A DNA stretch of 64,000 bases. It comes from an uncultured Fidelibacterota bacterium. Lineage in GTDB: Bacteria > Fidelibacterota > Marinisomatia > Marinisomatales > UBA1611. Every line of letters starts with the position of its first letter. The stretch's first letter is position 1. The notes under the pieces are model-generated. The model was not told the DNA's origin, searched no databases, and worked only from the letters and a program-made list of their open reading frames with translations. A program made the position numbers and the translations under genes. Below are positions 17,292 through 27,076 of this stretch, in pieces. The stretch is from contig CACKSF010000001.1 in NCBI GenBank assembly GCA_902602795.1, positions 5,601-69,600 on the forward strand, written 5' to 3'.

Positions 17292-19307
17292 TTGCTTACG
17301 GTTACTGAAAAAATAATTTTTATCGTCTTAACTGTTGCATGTCTCGGTGCATCCTTCTTCACCTTCACAAAAATGTTTCGTGTTATTGGATTAGGTAAAG
17401 ATCCCATTGATTGGAAGAAAGTTGCCCAGAATTGGAAAGTAGGTGTAGATACCTTTATTTCACAAAAAACACTTTTTAAGACTCGACCGGTTGTGGGGTT
17501 TATTCATGCTCTAGTTGCATGGGGGTTCTCATTATATCTGTTTGTCAATATTATAGATGTTTTGTACGGCCTAATTCCAAATTTTAAATTTCTTCCAAAC
17601 CATTTCTTAGGAGATATATATAGAATCTCTGTTGATATTTTTTCGGTATTGGTCCTTTTAGGTGTAATATACTTTTTGGCTAGGAGGTTTGTTTTAAAAG
17701 ATAAACGTTTGCAGATCAGTGCACCTGTTATGATTTCGAATTCTGCTTTAAAAGGTATGCGATTTGATTCTTTATTAGTTGGATCATTTATTTTAGTTCA
17801 TGTTGGATCCAGATTTTTATCTGCATCCTTTGAAATCGCCGGATCTCATTCAGACTGGTCTCAACCTGCAGCTAATTTGGTATCAAAAATTTGGATTGGA
17901 ATGGACCATGATACAATTTTAGTAATGGAGCATATTACATGGTGGCTTGCATTGGGGTTAATCTTGCTTTTTTTACCCTATTTTCCTTATTCAAAGCATG
18001 CACATCTTTTTATGGGTCCCATTAATATAATGGCCGCAGAGAAAAGAAAATCCATGGCTACTTTAGAAAAAATTGACTTTGAAGATGATAATATTGAACA
18101 ATTTGGAGCAGCTCAGATCCAGCATTTACCTCAGGCTCAATTGCTGGATGGATATGCATGTATCCAATGCAGTAGGTGTCAAGATGCATGCCCAGCTTAC
18201 GAGACGGGAAAAGAATTATCCCCATCTGCTCTTGAGATAAACAAACGCTATTTTTTCAATGAAAATTTAGATATTTTAGCAAAAGGTGAGTCTGTTGATA
18301 AAGCTTTAACCGATTGGATGTTAACGGAAGAGGCAGCTTGGAGTTGCACTACTTGCGGTTACTGTGTTGAGGTATGTCCAGTTGGAAATGAGCCGATGGT
18401 AGATATTTTACGAGCTAGGCAAGATTTAGTTATGATGGAATCCAAGTTTCCTGAGGAGGCTATGGAAACCTTTGAAAAAATGGAAAATTACGGTAACCCA
18501 TGGGGACTTTCTCCACAAGACAGAGAAGCATGGATGGATGGATATGGCGTCCCACTTATGCGCGAAAAGAAAAAAGTTGATGTCCTTTATTGGGCAGGAT
18601 GTAGTGGAGCATATGACAACAGAGGGAAAGAGATATCTCAATCGGTTGCAGATATATTAAACAAGGCGGAAATTGATTACGGATGTTTAGGCAATGAAGA
18701 GATGTGTACAGGAGACTCAGCCCGTAGGATTGGCAATGAGTATCTTTTTCAAACAATGGCAGAACAAAACAGGGAGACTTTTGATCAATATGAGTTTAAG
18801 AAAATTGTTACGCAATGTCCTCATTGTTTTAGCACTTTAAAAAATGATTATGCTGAGATGGGAATTGAGCTCGATGTTGTTCATCATTCTCAATTTATAG
18901 ACGAACTTATTCAAGAAAATAAAATCGAACCCCAGCCATGGGTAGATGAAGATGTAACTTTTCATGACCCATGCTACCTGGGTAGGCATAATAATGAGTA
19001 TGATGCCCCCCGAAGTGTTCTTCAATCTGTTCTTAGAGAGGGAAAGATTAAAGAGATGGAAAAGGCAAAATCAGAATCCTTTTGTTGCGGAGCAGGAGGT
19101 GGAAATATGTGGTATGAAATAAAAACAGGCGAAAGAATTAATCAGAATCGAGTAAAACAAGCGGTAAGTACCAAAGCAAATACTGTCGCTGCTGCTTGTA
19201 ATTTTTGTAATATTATGTTAGAAGACGGAGTCAAGACCACTCAGAATGAAGAAAATATAAAGGTGCTTGATATAGCTGAAATGGTTTCTCAAAGTTTATC
19301 TGAATAG
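17292..19307 (+). CDS. membrane-bound Fe-S oxidoreductase, EtfD/HdrD-like (putative ETF:quinone link)
   Basis: N-terminal multi-TM domain, two 4Fe-4S motifs (CIQCSRCQDACP, CTTCGYCVEVCP), cysteine-rich CCG-type regions (CPHCF, DPCYLGRH, FCCGAGGG). TTG start assumed; the next in-frame ATG is 28 codons in. Confidence 0.7.
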   Translation: MLTVTEKIIFIVLTVACLGASFFTFTKMFRVIGLGKDPIDWKKVAQNWKVGVDTFISQKTLFKTRPVVGFIHALVAWGFSLYLFVNIIDVLYGLIPNFKFLPNHFLGDIYRISVDIFSVLVLLGVIYFLARRFVLKDKRLQISAPVMISNSALKGMRFDSLLVGSFILVHVGSRFLSASFEIAGSHSDWSQPAANLVSKIWIGMDHDTILVMEHITWWLALGLILLFLPYFPYSKHAHLFMGPINIMAAEKRKSMATLEKIDFEDDNIEQFGAAQIQHLPQAQLLDGYACIQCSRCQDACPAYETGKELSPSALEINKRYFFNENLDILAKGESVDKALTDWMLTEEAAWSCTTCGYCVEVCPVGNEPMVDILRARQDLVMMESKFPEEAMETFEKMENYGNPWGLSPQDREAWMDGYGVPLMREKKKVDVLYWAGCSGAYDNRGKEISQSVADILNKAEIDYGCLGNEEMCTGDSARRIGNEYLFQTMAEQNRETFDQYEFKKIVTQCPHCFSTLKNDYAEMGIELDVVHHSQFIDELIQENKIEPQPWVDEDVTFHDPCYLGRHNNEYDAPRSVLQSVLREGKIKEMEKAKSESFCCGAGGGNMWYEIKTGERINQNRVKQAVSTKANTVAAACNFCNIMLEDGVKTTQNEENIKVLDIAEMVSQSLSE

Positions 19308-19309
19308 CA

Positions 19310-21370
19310 CTATTTTATTAGCATTATTTTTTTGACCAATCTATTTCCCACCTTTTTCAATTCTAAAAAATAAATTCCACTTTCCCATTCTGAACCATTG
19401 ATTTGGAAGGATTGAGGGCCTATTGTTTGTTTGTTTTCTACAAAAGAGTAAACCTGTTTCCCTTTTATATCATAAACAAAAATTTTAAGTGAAGAATTAT
19501 TGGAGGTGCTAAACTTGATATTTGTGATAGGATTAAATGGATTTGGGTAAACCTTGAAAAGAGCGAAATCTGATAAATCATTCTCCTCATTGATGAATGC
19601 AAAATCGCAATTGGTTGTGTCTTGAGAACCTAGATCCTCATAGCTGATGCAGATAGGATAAGGAGGGCAGAATAGGTTTGTATGGAGTCCTAGATATTCG
19701 ATATTGTTATAAATATTGCATATGCTTTCAGGAATATTTCCACTTAATTGATTTTCAAAAAGAGTCAAATGTACAAGGTTATTCATTTCATAAAAGATAT
19801 TAGGTACTTGTCCAGACAATTGATTGTTGTGTAAGTATAAATTTTCTAGATTGGCAAGGCTCCCCAATTCAACTGGTATTTCTCCTTCAAGAAAATTGTC
19901 TGACAAACTTAGTGTAGTAAGGTTAGTAAGATTGGCTATGGATTCGGGAATAGAGCCAGTGAGGTTGTTAAATCTAAGGTTAATGTAATTTAAATTGACT
20001 AAAGCACCAATCTCTGGATCTAAAGGACCAGATAAATTATTGTTAGATAGATCTAATTCAGTAGTATTAGCTATAGAGTAACAGTTATCCCAAAGGAGAA
20101 CCTCATCGCTATTACAACCAGATATAATTTCATTTTTAATGTAGCTTCCCCAATTACAAAGTTGCCCAATATCATCTATCCAATATTCTAAATTATTTTC
20201 CACATCGAATGGCGATCCGTTACAAATATCTACAGAAATCTCTGCTAATTCCCATTCATTTGGAATTATATGCCAATTCCATGGAGCGTTAAAATCACCA
20301 TTAGTTTGATTTAGAAATCCATTGATATGTAAAACTCTGTCTGTTTCAGGCAGTTCTAACTGGGCAGAACATTGGTCAATTAGCGATGAATTGTTTGTCG
20401 CTACTATGAAATTAGATTCATCGTTTTCTCCATGTATTCCAACAGTAAAAAGTACATAGCTACTGTCTATTACAGGATAACAGGAGCTAGTGTCGGTAGA
20501 AAATTCAGAAACAAAATTTTGCCACTTTTCGCCTACCATTCTTGATGGAAACCATGATGAGGAGTCTTTATTACTATCATAGCATTCCCAAGAACCTATG
20601 GTGTATGTATCTTGATTTCCTAGCCATCCGATACTATCAGAAAGTGAATTTAGTACAATTGGTTCAAAAAGATTGGTACTGTCTGGGATTCGGAGATTAA
20701 CTACTGTATTAAAGAAAGAATTCAAAAATGAATAGTCTGTTACAAGAGTATGTCCCACTCCTGGTTCCATTGCTAAGATCCATTTTGCCCCTTCTTGACG
20801 GTGGTTTAGAAATATATTTGTTAAATTTTCAATTCGATAATCAAGGTCATTTTCGCCAACAATCATGAGAGCGGGTACTTGAATGGCTAACTGAGCATTT
20901 GTAGTGTCATGATATCCACCTTTCTGGGTTATGAATCCAACTATTCTTTCTGGCTTCCATTTTGTAAAGTGATATGCAAACTGCCCCCCCCAAGAGTATC
21001 CATTAATAAAGAAAGGAATAAAAGAAAGCTCTTGATGTTGAGATAGTATTGCAAAAGAGTCCATTGCTGCTATAACTGCATCACCAATACCAGTATCCAT
21101 ATGCATATTAAAAATATGAGCACCCAAAAGTGCAAAGTTTTGTCCCTGTGCTAAATTTTGATATGCAGTATCTGTAACAATATCTCTTGAATCTCCATTA
21201 TTAGGATGCATGAACCAATATATGCCTCTTAGTGTATCGGTAGATTCATTTATCCAAATTCGAAAATCAGCGTAAGTATAATTAGCGGTATCATTTTCAG
21301 GGATAGAAAGATCAAATATTTCTGCTTTTATTGAAGTTGATAAAAAGAAAAAAATCAGTAATCTTTTCAT
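19310..21370 (-). CDS. secreted alpha/beta-hydrolase (esterase-like) fused to plant-type leucine-rich repeats and a T9SS sorting domain
   Basis: Signal peptide and an N-terminal hydrolase-like region (GYSWGGQFAY). About 6 LRRs of LxxLxLxxNxLSGxIP type (NNLSGPLDPEIGALVNLNYINLRFNNLTGSIPESIANLTNL...). C-terminus VYPNPFNPITNIKFS...GIYFLELKKVGNRLVKKIMLIK. Confidence 0.7.
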   Translation of the reverse strand: MKRLLIFFFLSTSIKAEIFDLSIPENDTANYTYADFRIWINESTDTLRGIYWFMHPNNGDSRDIVTDTAYQNLAQGQNFALLGAHIFNMHMDTGIGDAVIAAMDSFAILSQHQELSFIPFFINGYSWGGQFAYHFTKWKPERIVGFITQKGGYHDTTNAQLAIQVPALMIVGENDLDYRIENLTNIFLNHRQEGAKWILAMEPGVGHTLVTDYSFLNSFFNTVVNLRIPDSTNLFEPIVLNSLSDSIGWLGNQDTYTIGSWECYDSNKDSSSWFPSRMVGEKWQNFVSEFSTDTSSCYPVIDSSYVLFTVGIHGENDESNFIVATNNSSLIDQCSAQLELPETDRVLHINGFLNQTNGDFNAPWNWHIIPNEWELAEISVDICNGSPFDVENNLEYWIDDIGQLCNWGSYIKNEIISGCNSDEVLLWDNCYSIANTTELDLSNNNLSGPLDPEIGALVNLNYINLRFNNLTGSIPESIANLTNLTTLSLSDNFLEGEIPVELGSLANLENLYLHNNQLSGQVPNIFYEMNNLVHLTLFENQLSGNIPESICNIYNNIEYLGLHTNLFCPPYPICISYEDLGSQDTTNCDFAFINEENDLSDFALFKVYPNPFNPITNIKFSTSNNSSLKIFVYDIKGKQVYSFVENKQTIGPQSFQINGSEWESGIYFLELKKVGNRLVKKIMLIK

Positions 21371-21372
21371 AT

Positions 21373-22212
21373 TTAGTCTTTAAGGCCTATCTCCTTCAAC
21401 CTTTCATCTAAATATTTTCTGGCAGTGTAACGCTTAGATAGAATGATATCATCTCTCGGATGAAGAAATAATGGCATTGAGAAGCGACTTTTATTTTCGA
21501 TGTTATCACTGGGGTTCACAACACGGTGAGTGGTGGATGGGAAATATCCTCTAGAAATTTCTTGAAGCATATCACCTGAGTTGATTGCTAGAGATCCTGG
21601 ATCGCAACTTACATCATGCCAGTTACCATGAATGTCTTGGACTTGCAAGCCAGGTTCTGTGCCAGCAACGAGAAGAGTAATTAAATTTATATCTTCATGA
21701 GCTGCACCTCTAATTGCCTCTGGTTCTTCTGTACCATCTAACGGAGGATAGTGGATAATTCTTAATAAATGAGTTTTGCTATCAATTATCATGTCTGGTA
21801 GCGGAATGGAGAATAAGGATTTTATATGATCTGGAGTTTTGTCTTGGATCCAATGAAGTAAAGTAGAAGTAAGGGAAACAAGTCCTTTATAAAGTTTTTC
21901 GGTATTACTGCTTACGTCACTTGGAAGCCTTCCCCATGGATAAAAGTGATAAAATTCTTTAATGTCACTAATAGCTGCACCTTTAGCATTTTCTGTTCCA
22001 AGAGGGAAAAAGCCGTCCTGCTTTACAGAATCAAAAAGATACTTTTTTTTGTCATTTCCATTGAAAAATTTTTCCCACTCATTATATACATCATAAATAA
22101 GATTTAAATCTATTGGGTGGTTATTTAATACTCCAAAACCAGTCTGTTTAAGAGACTGGGTAAATTCTCGACTACTATTAGAATCTTTATAGTTTATGGT
22201 TCGGACATTCAT
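21373..22212 (-). CDS. 2-oxoglutarate/Fe(II)-dependent oxygenase (isopenicillin-N-synthase-like family)
   Basis: HEDINLITLL (HxD) and STTHRV (distal His/Arg) facial-triad motifs. Confidence 0.7.
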   Translation of the reverse strand: MNVRTINYKDSNSSREFTQSLKQTGFGVLNNHPIDLNLIYDVYNEWEKFFNGNDKKKYLFDSVKQDGFFPLGTENAKGAAISDIKEFYHFYPWGRLPSDVSSNTEKLYKGLVSLTSTLLHWIQDKTPDHIKSLFSIPLPDMIIDSKTHLLRIIHYPPLDGTEEPEAIRGAAHEDINLITLLVAGTEPGLQVQDIHGNWHDVSCDPGSLAINSGDMLQEISRGYFPSTTHRVVNPSDNIENKSRFSMPLFLHPRDDIILSKRYTARKYLDERLKEIGLKD

Positions 22213-22227
22213 ATCCGAAAATTAAGT

Positions 22228-22656
22228 TTAATCTTCCAAACTCGCCAATTGAATGCCTATCTCTTTTGATTTTTCAATGATACGCTTATCGCGATAGAAT
22301 TCATCATAATAAATTATTTTTATTCCAGCATTTGCGATTAATTTAAAACAGCTATAGCAGGGGGAGGCAGTTACATATATTTCAGATTGATCAATTTGTA
22401 TACCGTTTTTTGCAGCTTGCACTATAGAATTTGCTTCTGCGTGTGTGGTTCTAACGCAATGTCCATCGACCATTTCACATCCTGCTTCGTCACAGTGAGG
22501 AAGACCTTTTATACTTCCATTGTATCCTGTTGACAGTATAGTTTTTTCTCTAACAATGACAGCTCCAACATGTTTTCTATCACAGGTTGATCGCGTTGCA
22601 ACTTCACGAGCAATATTCATAAAATAATCTTTCCAACTGACTCGTGGATTTGACAT
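22228..22656 (-). CDS. dCMP deaminase (ComEB-type cytidine/deoxycytidylate deaminase)
   Basis: Zinc motifs HAEANSI and PCYSCFKL; 142 aa. Confidence 0.85.
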   Translation of the reverse strand: MSNPRVSWKDYFMNIAREVATRSTCDRKHVGAVIVREKTILSTGYNGSIKGLPHCDEAGCEMVDGHCVRTTHAEANSIVQAAKNGIQIDQSEIYVTASPCYSCFKLIANAGIKIIYYDEFYRDKRIIEKSKEIGIQLASLED

Positions 22657-22910
22657 TATTTTAATTCACTCCTATTGAAAATTTTCACTGCATAACGAGG
22701 CTCGCCATAATATATTTTATTTGCAAATTGGGAAACTTGAGATGCTAGAATTAAGTATGCCCAAGTAGGAACAGTAACACTGGCGCATCCTTTAATGATA
22801 ACTTTTTCACCATCATACTGTTTCATGTTATGATCTTTAACCATTTTCCGAAAAGATTTTTCACGTATAATCCCATTATCAAGAAAATCGTCTAGAAGAA
22901 TTGTTTTCAT
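22656..22910 (-). CDS. small conserved protein, DUF2480-like (suf-operon associated)
   Basis: REKSFRKMVKDHNMKQYDGEKVIIKGCASVTVPTWAYLIL resembles, from memory, the DUF2480 family found next to sufS in FCB genomes. Shorter than typical members. Confidence 0.45.
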   Translation of the reverse strand: MKTILLDDFLDNGIIREKSFRKMVKDHNMKQYDGEKVIIKGCASVTVPTWAYLILASQVSQFANKIYYGEPRYAVKIFNRSELK

Positions 22911-24115
22911 TTAAAGTGTGATATTATTTCATTCAAAGCTTGGCATAATTTATCAATATCTTGTTCATCGTTATATAAATAAGTACTCAAGCGAGCAGTA
23001 GCAGTTTCATTTAATTTTGATAGTAGTGGCTGCGCGCAGTGATGTCCAACTCTTATTGCTATATTATATTCATTTAGAAACTGTGCTAAATCATGAGGGT
23101 GTATGTCTTTAATATTAAAACTAATGACTCCAATTCGACTTTTTGCAGAGCCATGAATTTCTATATTCTTTATTTTATTTAATTGATGTAGACAATATTT
23201 AGTTAAATGCTCTTCATGATTTGTGATTTCATTCATACCAATAGCTTCTAAATAATCTACTGCAGCACCAAGACCAATTGCTTGAATAAAATTTGGAGTT
23301 CCTGCTTCAAATTTATATGGTGTATCATTCCATGTAGCGGTTGTCATTGTAACCTTATCAATCATTTCACCACCGCCCATAAATGGATCCATTTTTTCCA
23401 ATAACTCATATTTCCCCCAGAGAACACCACTTCCAGTAGGACCTAACATTTTATGTCCAGAAAAAGCGTAAAAATCACAGCCTAAATTTTTGACATCTAT
23501 TTTTTTATGAGCAGCACCCTGAGCACCATCCACTATGAAAGTAGCACCGCATTGATTAGCGAGAGAACTAATTTTTTTGATATTGTTAACTGTACCTAAT
23601 ACATTGGAAATATGAGTAATAGATACAATTTTGGTATTAGAATTAAATAGTTGATCTGAATGATTTAAATCTAATTCTCCATCTTTTGTAATAGGAATAT
23701 ATTGAATTCTGGAACCTGTTCTCTTCGCTAGTTGTTGCCAAGGAATAATATTGGAATGATGCTCCATTTCAGAAATAAGGATTTCATCTCCTGGATTAAT
23801 ATCATTCCCTAAAGAATATGCAAGTAAGTTAAGTGATTCAGTTGCGCCGCTAGTAAATATTATTTCCTTGTGAGAATTTGCACCGATGAATGCGGATATT
23901 TTTTCTCGAGCCCCTTCATACTTTTCTGTAGCTTTCGCACCAAGAGCATATAACGCTCTGTGTACATTGGCATTTGATTCGGTATACGAAGAGTTAATTG
24001 AGTCTAATACTGATTGAGGTTTTTGAGTTGTGGCTGCATTATCTAAATAGACTAAACTTGATTTTTCAAAAATTGGGAAATCAGATTTAATTTTGTTTGA
24101 TAATTGTGACATCAC
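22907..24115 (-). CDS. sufS: cysteine desulfurase, SufS type (class V aminotransferase)
   Basis: PLP-Lys motif FSGHKMLGPTGSGVL and active-site region RVGHHCAQPL; lies in the suf operon. Confidence 0.9.
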   Translation of the reverse strand: MMSQLSNKIKSDFPIFEKSSLVYLDNAATTQKPQSVLDSINSSYTESNANVHRALYALGAKATEKYEGAREKISAFIGANSHKEIIFTSGATESLNLLAYSLGNDINPGDEILISEMEHHSNIIPWQQLAKRTGSRIQYIPITKDGELDLNHSDQLFNSNTKIVSITHISNVLGTVNNIKKISSLANQCGATFIVDGAQGAAHKKIDVKNLGCDFYAFSGHKMLGPTGSGVLWGKYELLEKMDPFMGGGEMIDKVTMTTATWNDTPYKFEAGTPNFIQAIGLGAAVDYLEAIGMNEITNHEEHLTKYCLHQLNKIKNIEIHGSAKSRIGVISFNIKDIHPHDLAQFLNEYNIAIRVGHHCAQPLLSKLNETATARLSTYLYNDEQDIDKLCQALNEIISHFK

Positions 24116-24651
24116 ATCATGCCTAATTCTAATTGGGCTTCCTCACTCATCATATCTCTGTTCCACATCGGTTCCCAGACTAGATCAACCGAAACACTCT
24201 CGACATCTTTAAGTCCATTAATTTTTCTATCTACTTCATCAGCAATAACAGGTCCCATTCCACACCCTGGGGCTGTTAGTGTCATCTGTATCGCTACTTC
24301 TTTTCCTAATTGAGCATCCTTTATCTCAAGGTTATATATAAGTCCTAATTCAACAATATTGACTGGTATTTCAGGGTCATAACAGGTTTTTAACTGATCC
24401 CAAATTTGTTGTTCGAGATTACCTTTTACTTTGGTTGGCTCTTTTTCCTTTATGTCAATGCCTAAAGCATCGGCATTTTCTGATGCGATTTGGACCATAT
24501 TTCCATTCATAATGACCGTAAAATTTCCACCAAGAGCTTGAGTAATTCTGACTAGATTTCCTGCTAGTAATTTCACCTCATCTCCAGATGGGACCATATA
24601 TGCATCAACATCTCGTAAAAGTCTTATTGGTTCTTTTGGTATATTATTCAT
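24112..24651 (-). CDS. sufT: SufT-like Fe-S assembly protein (DUF59-containing)
   Basis: C-terminal DUF59 core CYDPEIPVNIVELGLIY...TLTAPGCGMG; ~180 aa; operon context. Confidence 0.7.
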   Translation of the reverse strand: MNNIPKEPIRLLRDVDAYMVPSGDEVKLLAGNLVRITQALGGNFTVIMNGNMVQIASENADALGIDIKEKEPTKVKGNLEQQIWDQLKTCYDPEIPVNIVELGLIYNLEIKDAQLGKEVAIQMTLTAPGCGMGPVIADEVDRKINGLKDVESVSVDLVWEPMWNRDMMSEEAQLELGMM

Positions 24652-25079
24652 TGTACTAGTTTATGAATCTTATCGACTGCACTTGAAAAACCATTATTCC
24701 TTTGGCTAGTCACAGACCCCTCCAATCCGATAGCTTGAAGAATATATTGGCTATTGACTGATAAAATTTCTTCAGATGTTTGATTATTAAATATTATTTC
24801 TAAAATCTGCAGAAGACCTTTTACGATTAGAGCATCAGAATCTGTGCGAAATGTATAAGTGTTGTTCTCATGGTTTTTTGCTACCACCCATGCTTGAGAA
24901 GAACAGCCATAAATTTTATTTAATTCTGTTTTATCATCCTGTTGAAGTGGTTTCTGGTCTTTTGCCATGTCCATTAATTGGAGAAATTTGTCTTTAGGAT
25001 TCTCGAAAATTTCAAATATTTCTCGAAGGCTCTTAAGCTTATTTTCTACACTTAAGGTTGAGTCTAATCTTCTATCCAT
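24648..25079 (-). CDS. sufE: sulfur acceptor SufE
   Basis: IYGCSSQAWV persulfide-Cys motif and DSDALIVKGLL. Confidence 0.8.
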   Translation of the reverse strand: MDRRLDSTLSVENKLKSLREIFEIFENPKDKFLQLMDMAKDQKPLQQDDKTELNKIYGCSSQAWVVAKNHENNTYTFRTDSDALIVKGLLQILEIIFNNQTSEEILSVNSQYILQAIGLEGSVTSQRNNGFSSAVDKIHKLVQ

Positions 25080-26320
25080 TTATCAAAATCACTTTTTATT
25101 ATGTTAACTATTTTTGGATTTTCTAATGACTCAAAAATTTCAGAGATAAAACCATGAATTAATATTGACTTTGCAGTTTTGTAATCGATTCCTCTAGACC
25201 GCAGATAAAATAGAGCATCTTGATCAATTTCACCAGTAGATGAACCATGAGAGCATTTTACGTCATCAGCATTTATCACTAATCGCGGATTGGAATTCAT
25301 TCGTGCATTTTTTGAAAGTAATATGTTTTTGTTTGATTGACTTGAATCTGTTTTTTGAGCATCTTTATGAACAATAACTTTTCCATTAAAGACTCCGGAA
25401 GAATAGTCTTTCAAAACAGTCTTAAAATTTTGGGAACTCATGCAATTCGGACTTTTATGATTAATCAAAATATGAGTGTCTAAGTGTTGATGATTTTTCG
25501 TTAAACATAAACCACTTAAATGACACTCAGCTCCCTGACCGTTTAAATCCGAATTTACCCCAACGGACCCTAGGCTAGATCCAAAACCAAAATGTGAGAG
25601 ATAATATTTTGAGTATTTTTCTTGTTTTAAGTGGATATTTCCTGAGTTAATGGCTTGATCTGAATCCTTTTGTAACCTAATGTGTTTACAGTGACTATTT
25701 TCTTTTAATGAAAGAATTGTAGTAGAATTTGAAAAATTTCCATTTCCAAAGCCAATATGATGTTCAACCAAAGAAACAGAACTAGATTTGCCAATGTCAA
25801 TATGAATTCTGGGAGATATCATTAGTTGATCTTTACCTGCATTAATAAAAACTAAAAGGATAGGAGATTTTATTTTTATATTATTCTCAACAACTAAAGA
25901 CATCCCGCTATCCATAAAGGCAGTGTTAAGTAAATCAAAAGGTGAAGCAGCTGATTGTGCGACTTTATTTTTAGGGTCATTATAATATTCTAGATTTTTG
26001 AATATTTCTACACCTTTTGGTAAAGTAGTTAAATGTTTTTGATAGTGACCATTATTAAAGACGATTTTGTAATTATCTCCAGTAAATGGTTCAGGATACT
26101 TAAAATTCTTATTCGGGGCGTCGGAAATTTCAGAAATGCGGAAAACATTCTTTTTCAATGCTGAAAAATTTGTAAAACGAAAATCATCCCAAGATTTTTT
26201 GGACAAATTTTTCTTTAAAAACTGTTCAAAAGCATTTTTTCTTTGAGAATTAAACTTTGTAGAAAAATAGTCTCTTGTTAAAAGTTTTTCAAATTCTGAC
26301 TGATAACTAGAAGTGTTCAT
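25064..26320 (-). CDS. sufD: Fe-S cluster assembly protein SufD
   Basis: SufB/D beta-helix C-terminal region (..ADDVKCSHGSSTGEIDQDALFYLRSRGI..), located after sufC. Confidence 0.85.
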   Translation of the reverse strand: MNTSSYQSEFEKLLTRDYFSTKFNSQRKNAFEQFLKKNLSKKSWDDFRFTNFSALKKNVFRISEISDAPNKNFKYPEPFTGDNYKIVFNNGHYQKHLTTLPKGVEIFKNLEYYNDPKNKVAQSAASPFDLLNTAFMDSGMSLVVENNIKIKSPILLVFINAGKDQLMISPRIHIDIGKSSSVSLVEHHIGFGNGNFSNSTTILSLKENSHCKHIRLQKDSDQAINSGNIHLKQEKYSKYYLSHFGFGSSLGSVGVNSDLNGQGAECHLSGLCLTKNHQHLDTHILINHKSPNCMSSQNFKTVLKDYSSGVFNGKVIVHKDAQKTDSSQSNKNILLSKNARMNSNPRLVINADDVKCSHGSSTGEIDQDALFYLRSRGIDYKTAKSILIHGFISEIFESLENPKIVNIIKSDFDKWIED

Positions 26321-27057
26321 TTTTCCAACCAGCCATACCCTTTTTCTTCTAATTTTAATGCAAGTTTTTTATCGCCAGATTTAACAATCTCTCCATCAAT
26401 TAGCACATGAACAATGTCTGGTTCTATATACTCTAATAACCTTTGATAGTGGGTAATAATTAAAAAAGAACGATCTGGAGATTTATATCTATTTACTCCA
26501 TCCGAAATGATTTTTAATGCATCAATATCTAGGCCTGAATCTGTTTCATCTAGAATTGATAGGCTAGGCTCTAATGTGAGCATTTGAAGAATCTCATTTC
26601 TTTTTTTTTCACCTCCAGAGAATCCATCATTAACAGCTCGTTGTAAATAAGAAGAGTCCATTTTAAGGTCTTGAAGTTTTTCTTTGATTATTTTTAAAAA
26701 CCTAGCAGCATCCAATTCTTTTTGGCCATTATATTTTCTTTTAGCATTTAATGCTGCCTTTAAAAAATAGGTATTGTTTACTCCAGGCATCACCACAGGG
26801 TACTGAAAGGACATAAAGATTCCATGAAGTGATCTTTTTTCGGGGTTCCATTCAGTTATAGATTCGTTTTTATATTTTATATCTCCTTGTGTTATTTCAT
26901 ACCCATCTTTACCAGTAATAATATTGGAGAGAGTACTTTTTCCAGATCCATTTTTTCCCATTATGGCGTGAATTTCACCAGGTTTAATGTTCAAGTTAAT
27001 ACCATTTAATATGAATTTATTTTCGACCTTGGCGTGAAGGTTTTTTATTTCTAACAT
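26317..27057 (-). CDS. sufC: Fe-S cluster assembly ATPase SufC
   Basis: Walker A GKNGSGKST, ABC signature FSGGEKKR, Walker B LSILDETDSGLD. Confidence 0.95.
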   Translation of the reverse strand: MLEIKNLHAKVENKFILNGINLNIKPGEIHAIMGKNGSGKSTLSNIITGKDGYEITQGDIKYKNESITEWNPEKRSLHGIFMSFQYPVVMPGVNNTYFLKAALNAKRKYNGQKELDAARFLKIIKEKLQDLKMDSSYLQRAVNDGFSGGEKKRNEILQMLTLEPSLSILDETDSGLDIDALKIISDGVNRYKSPDRSFLIITHYQRLLEYIEPDIVHVLIDGEIVKSGDKKLALKLEEKGYGWLEK

Positions 27058-27076
27058 TATTTTATAAGTTAAGGGG

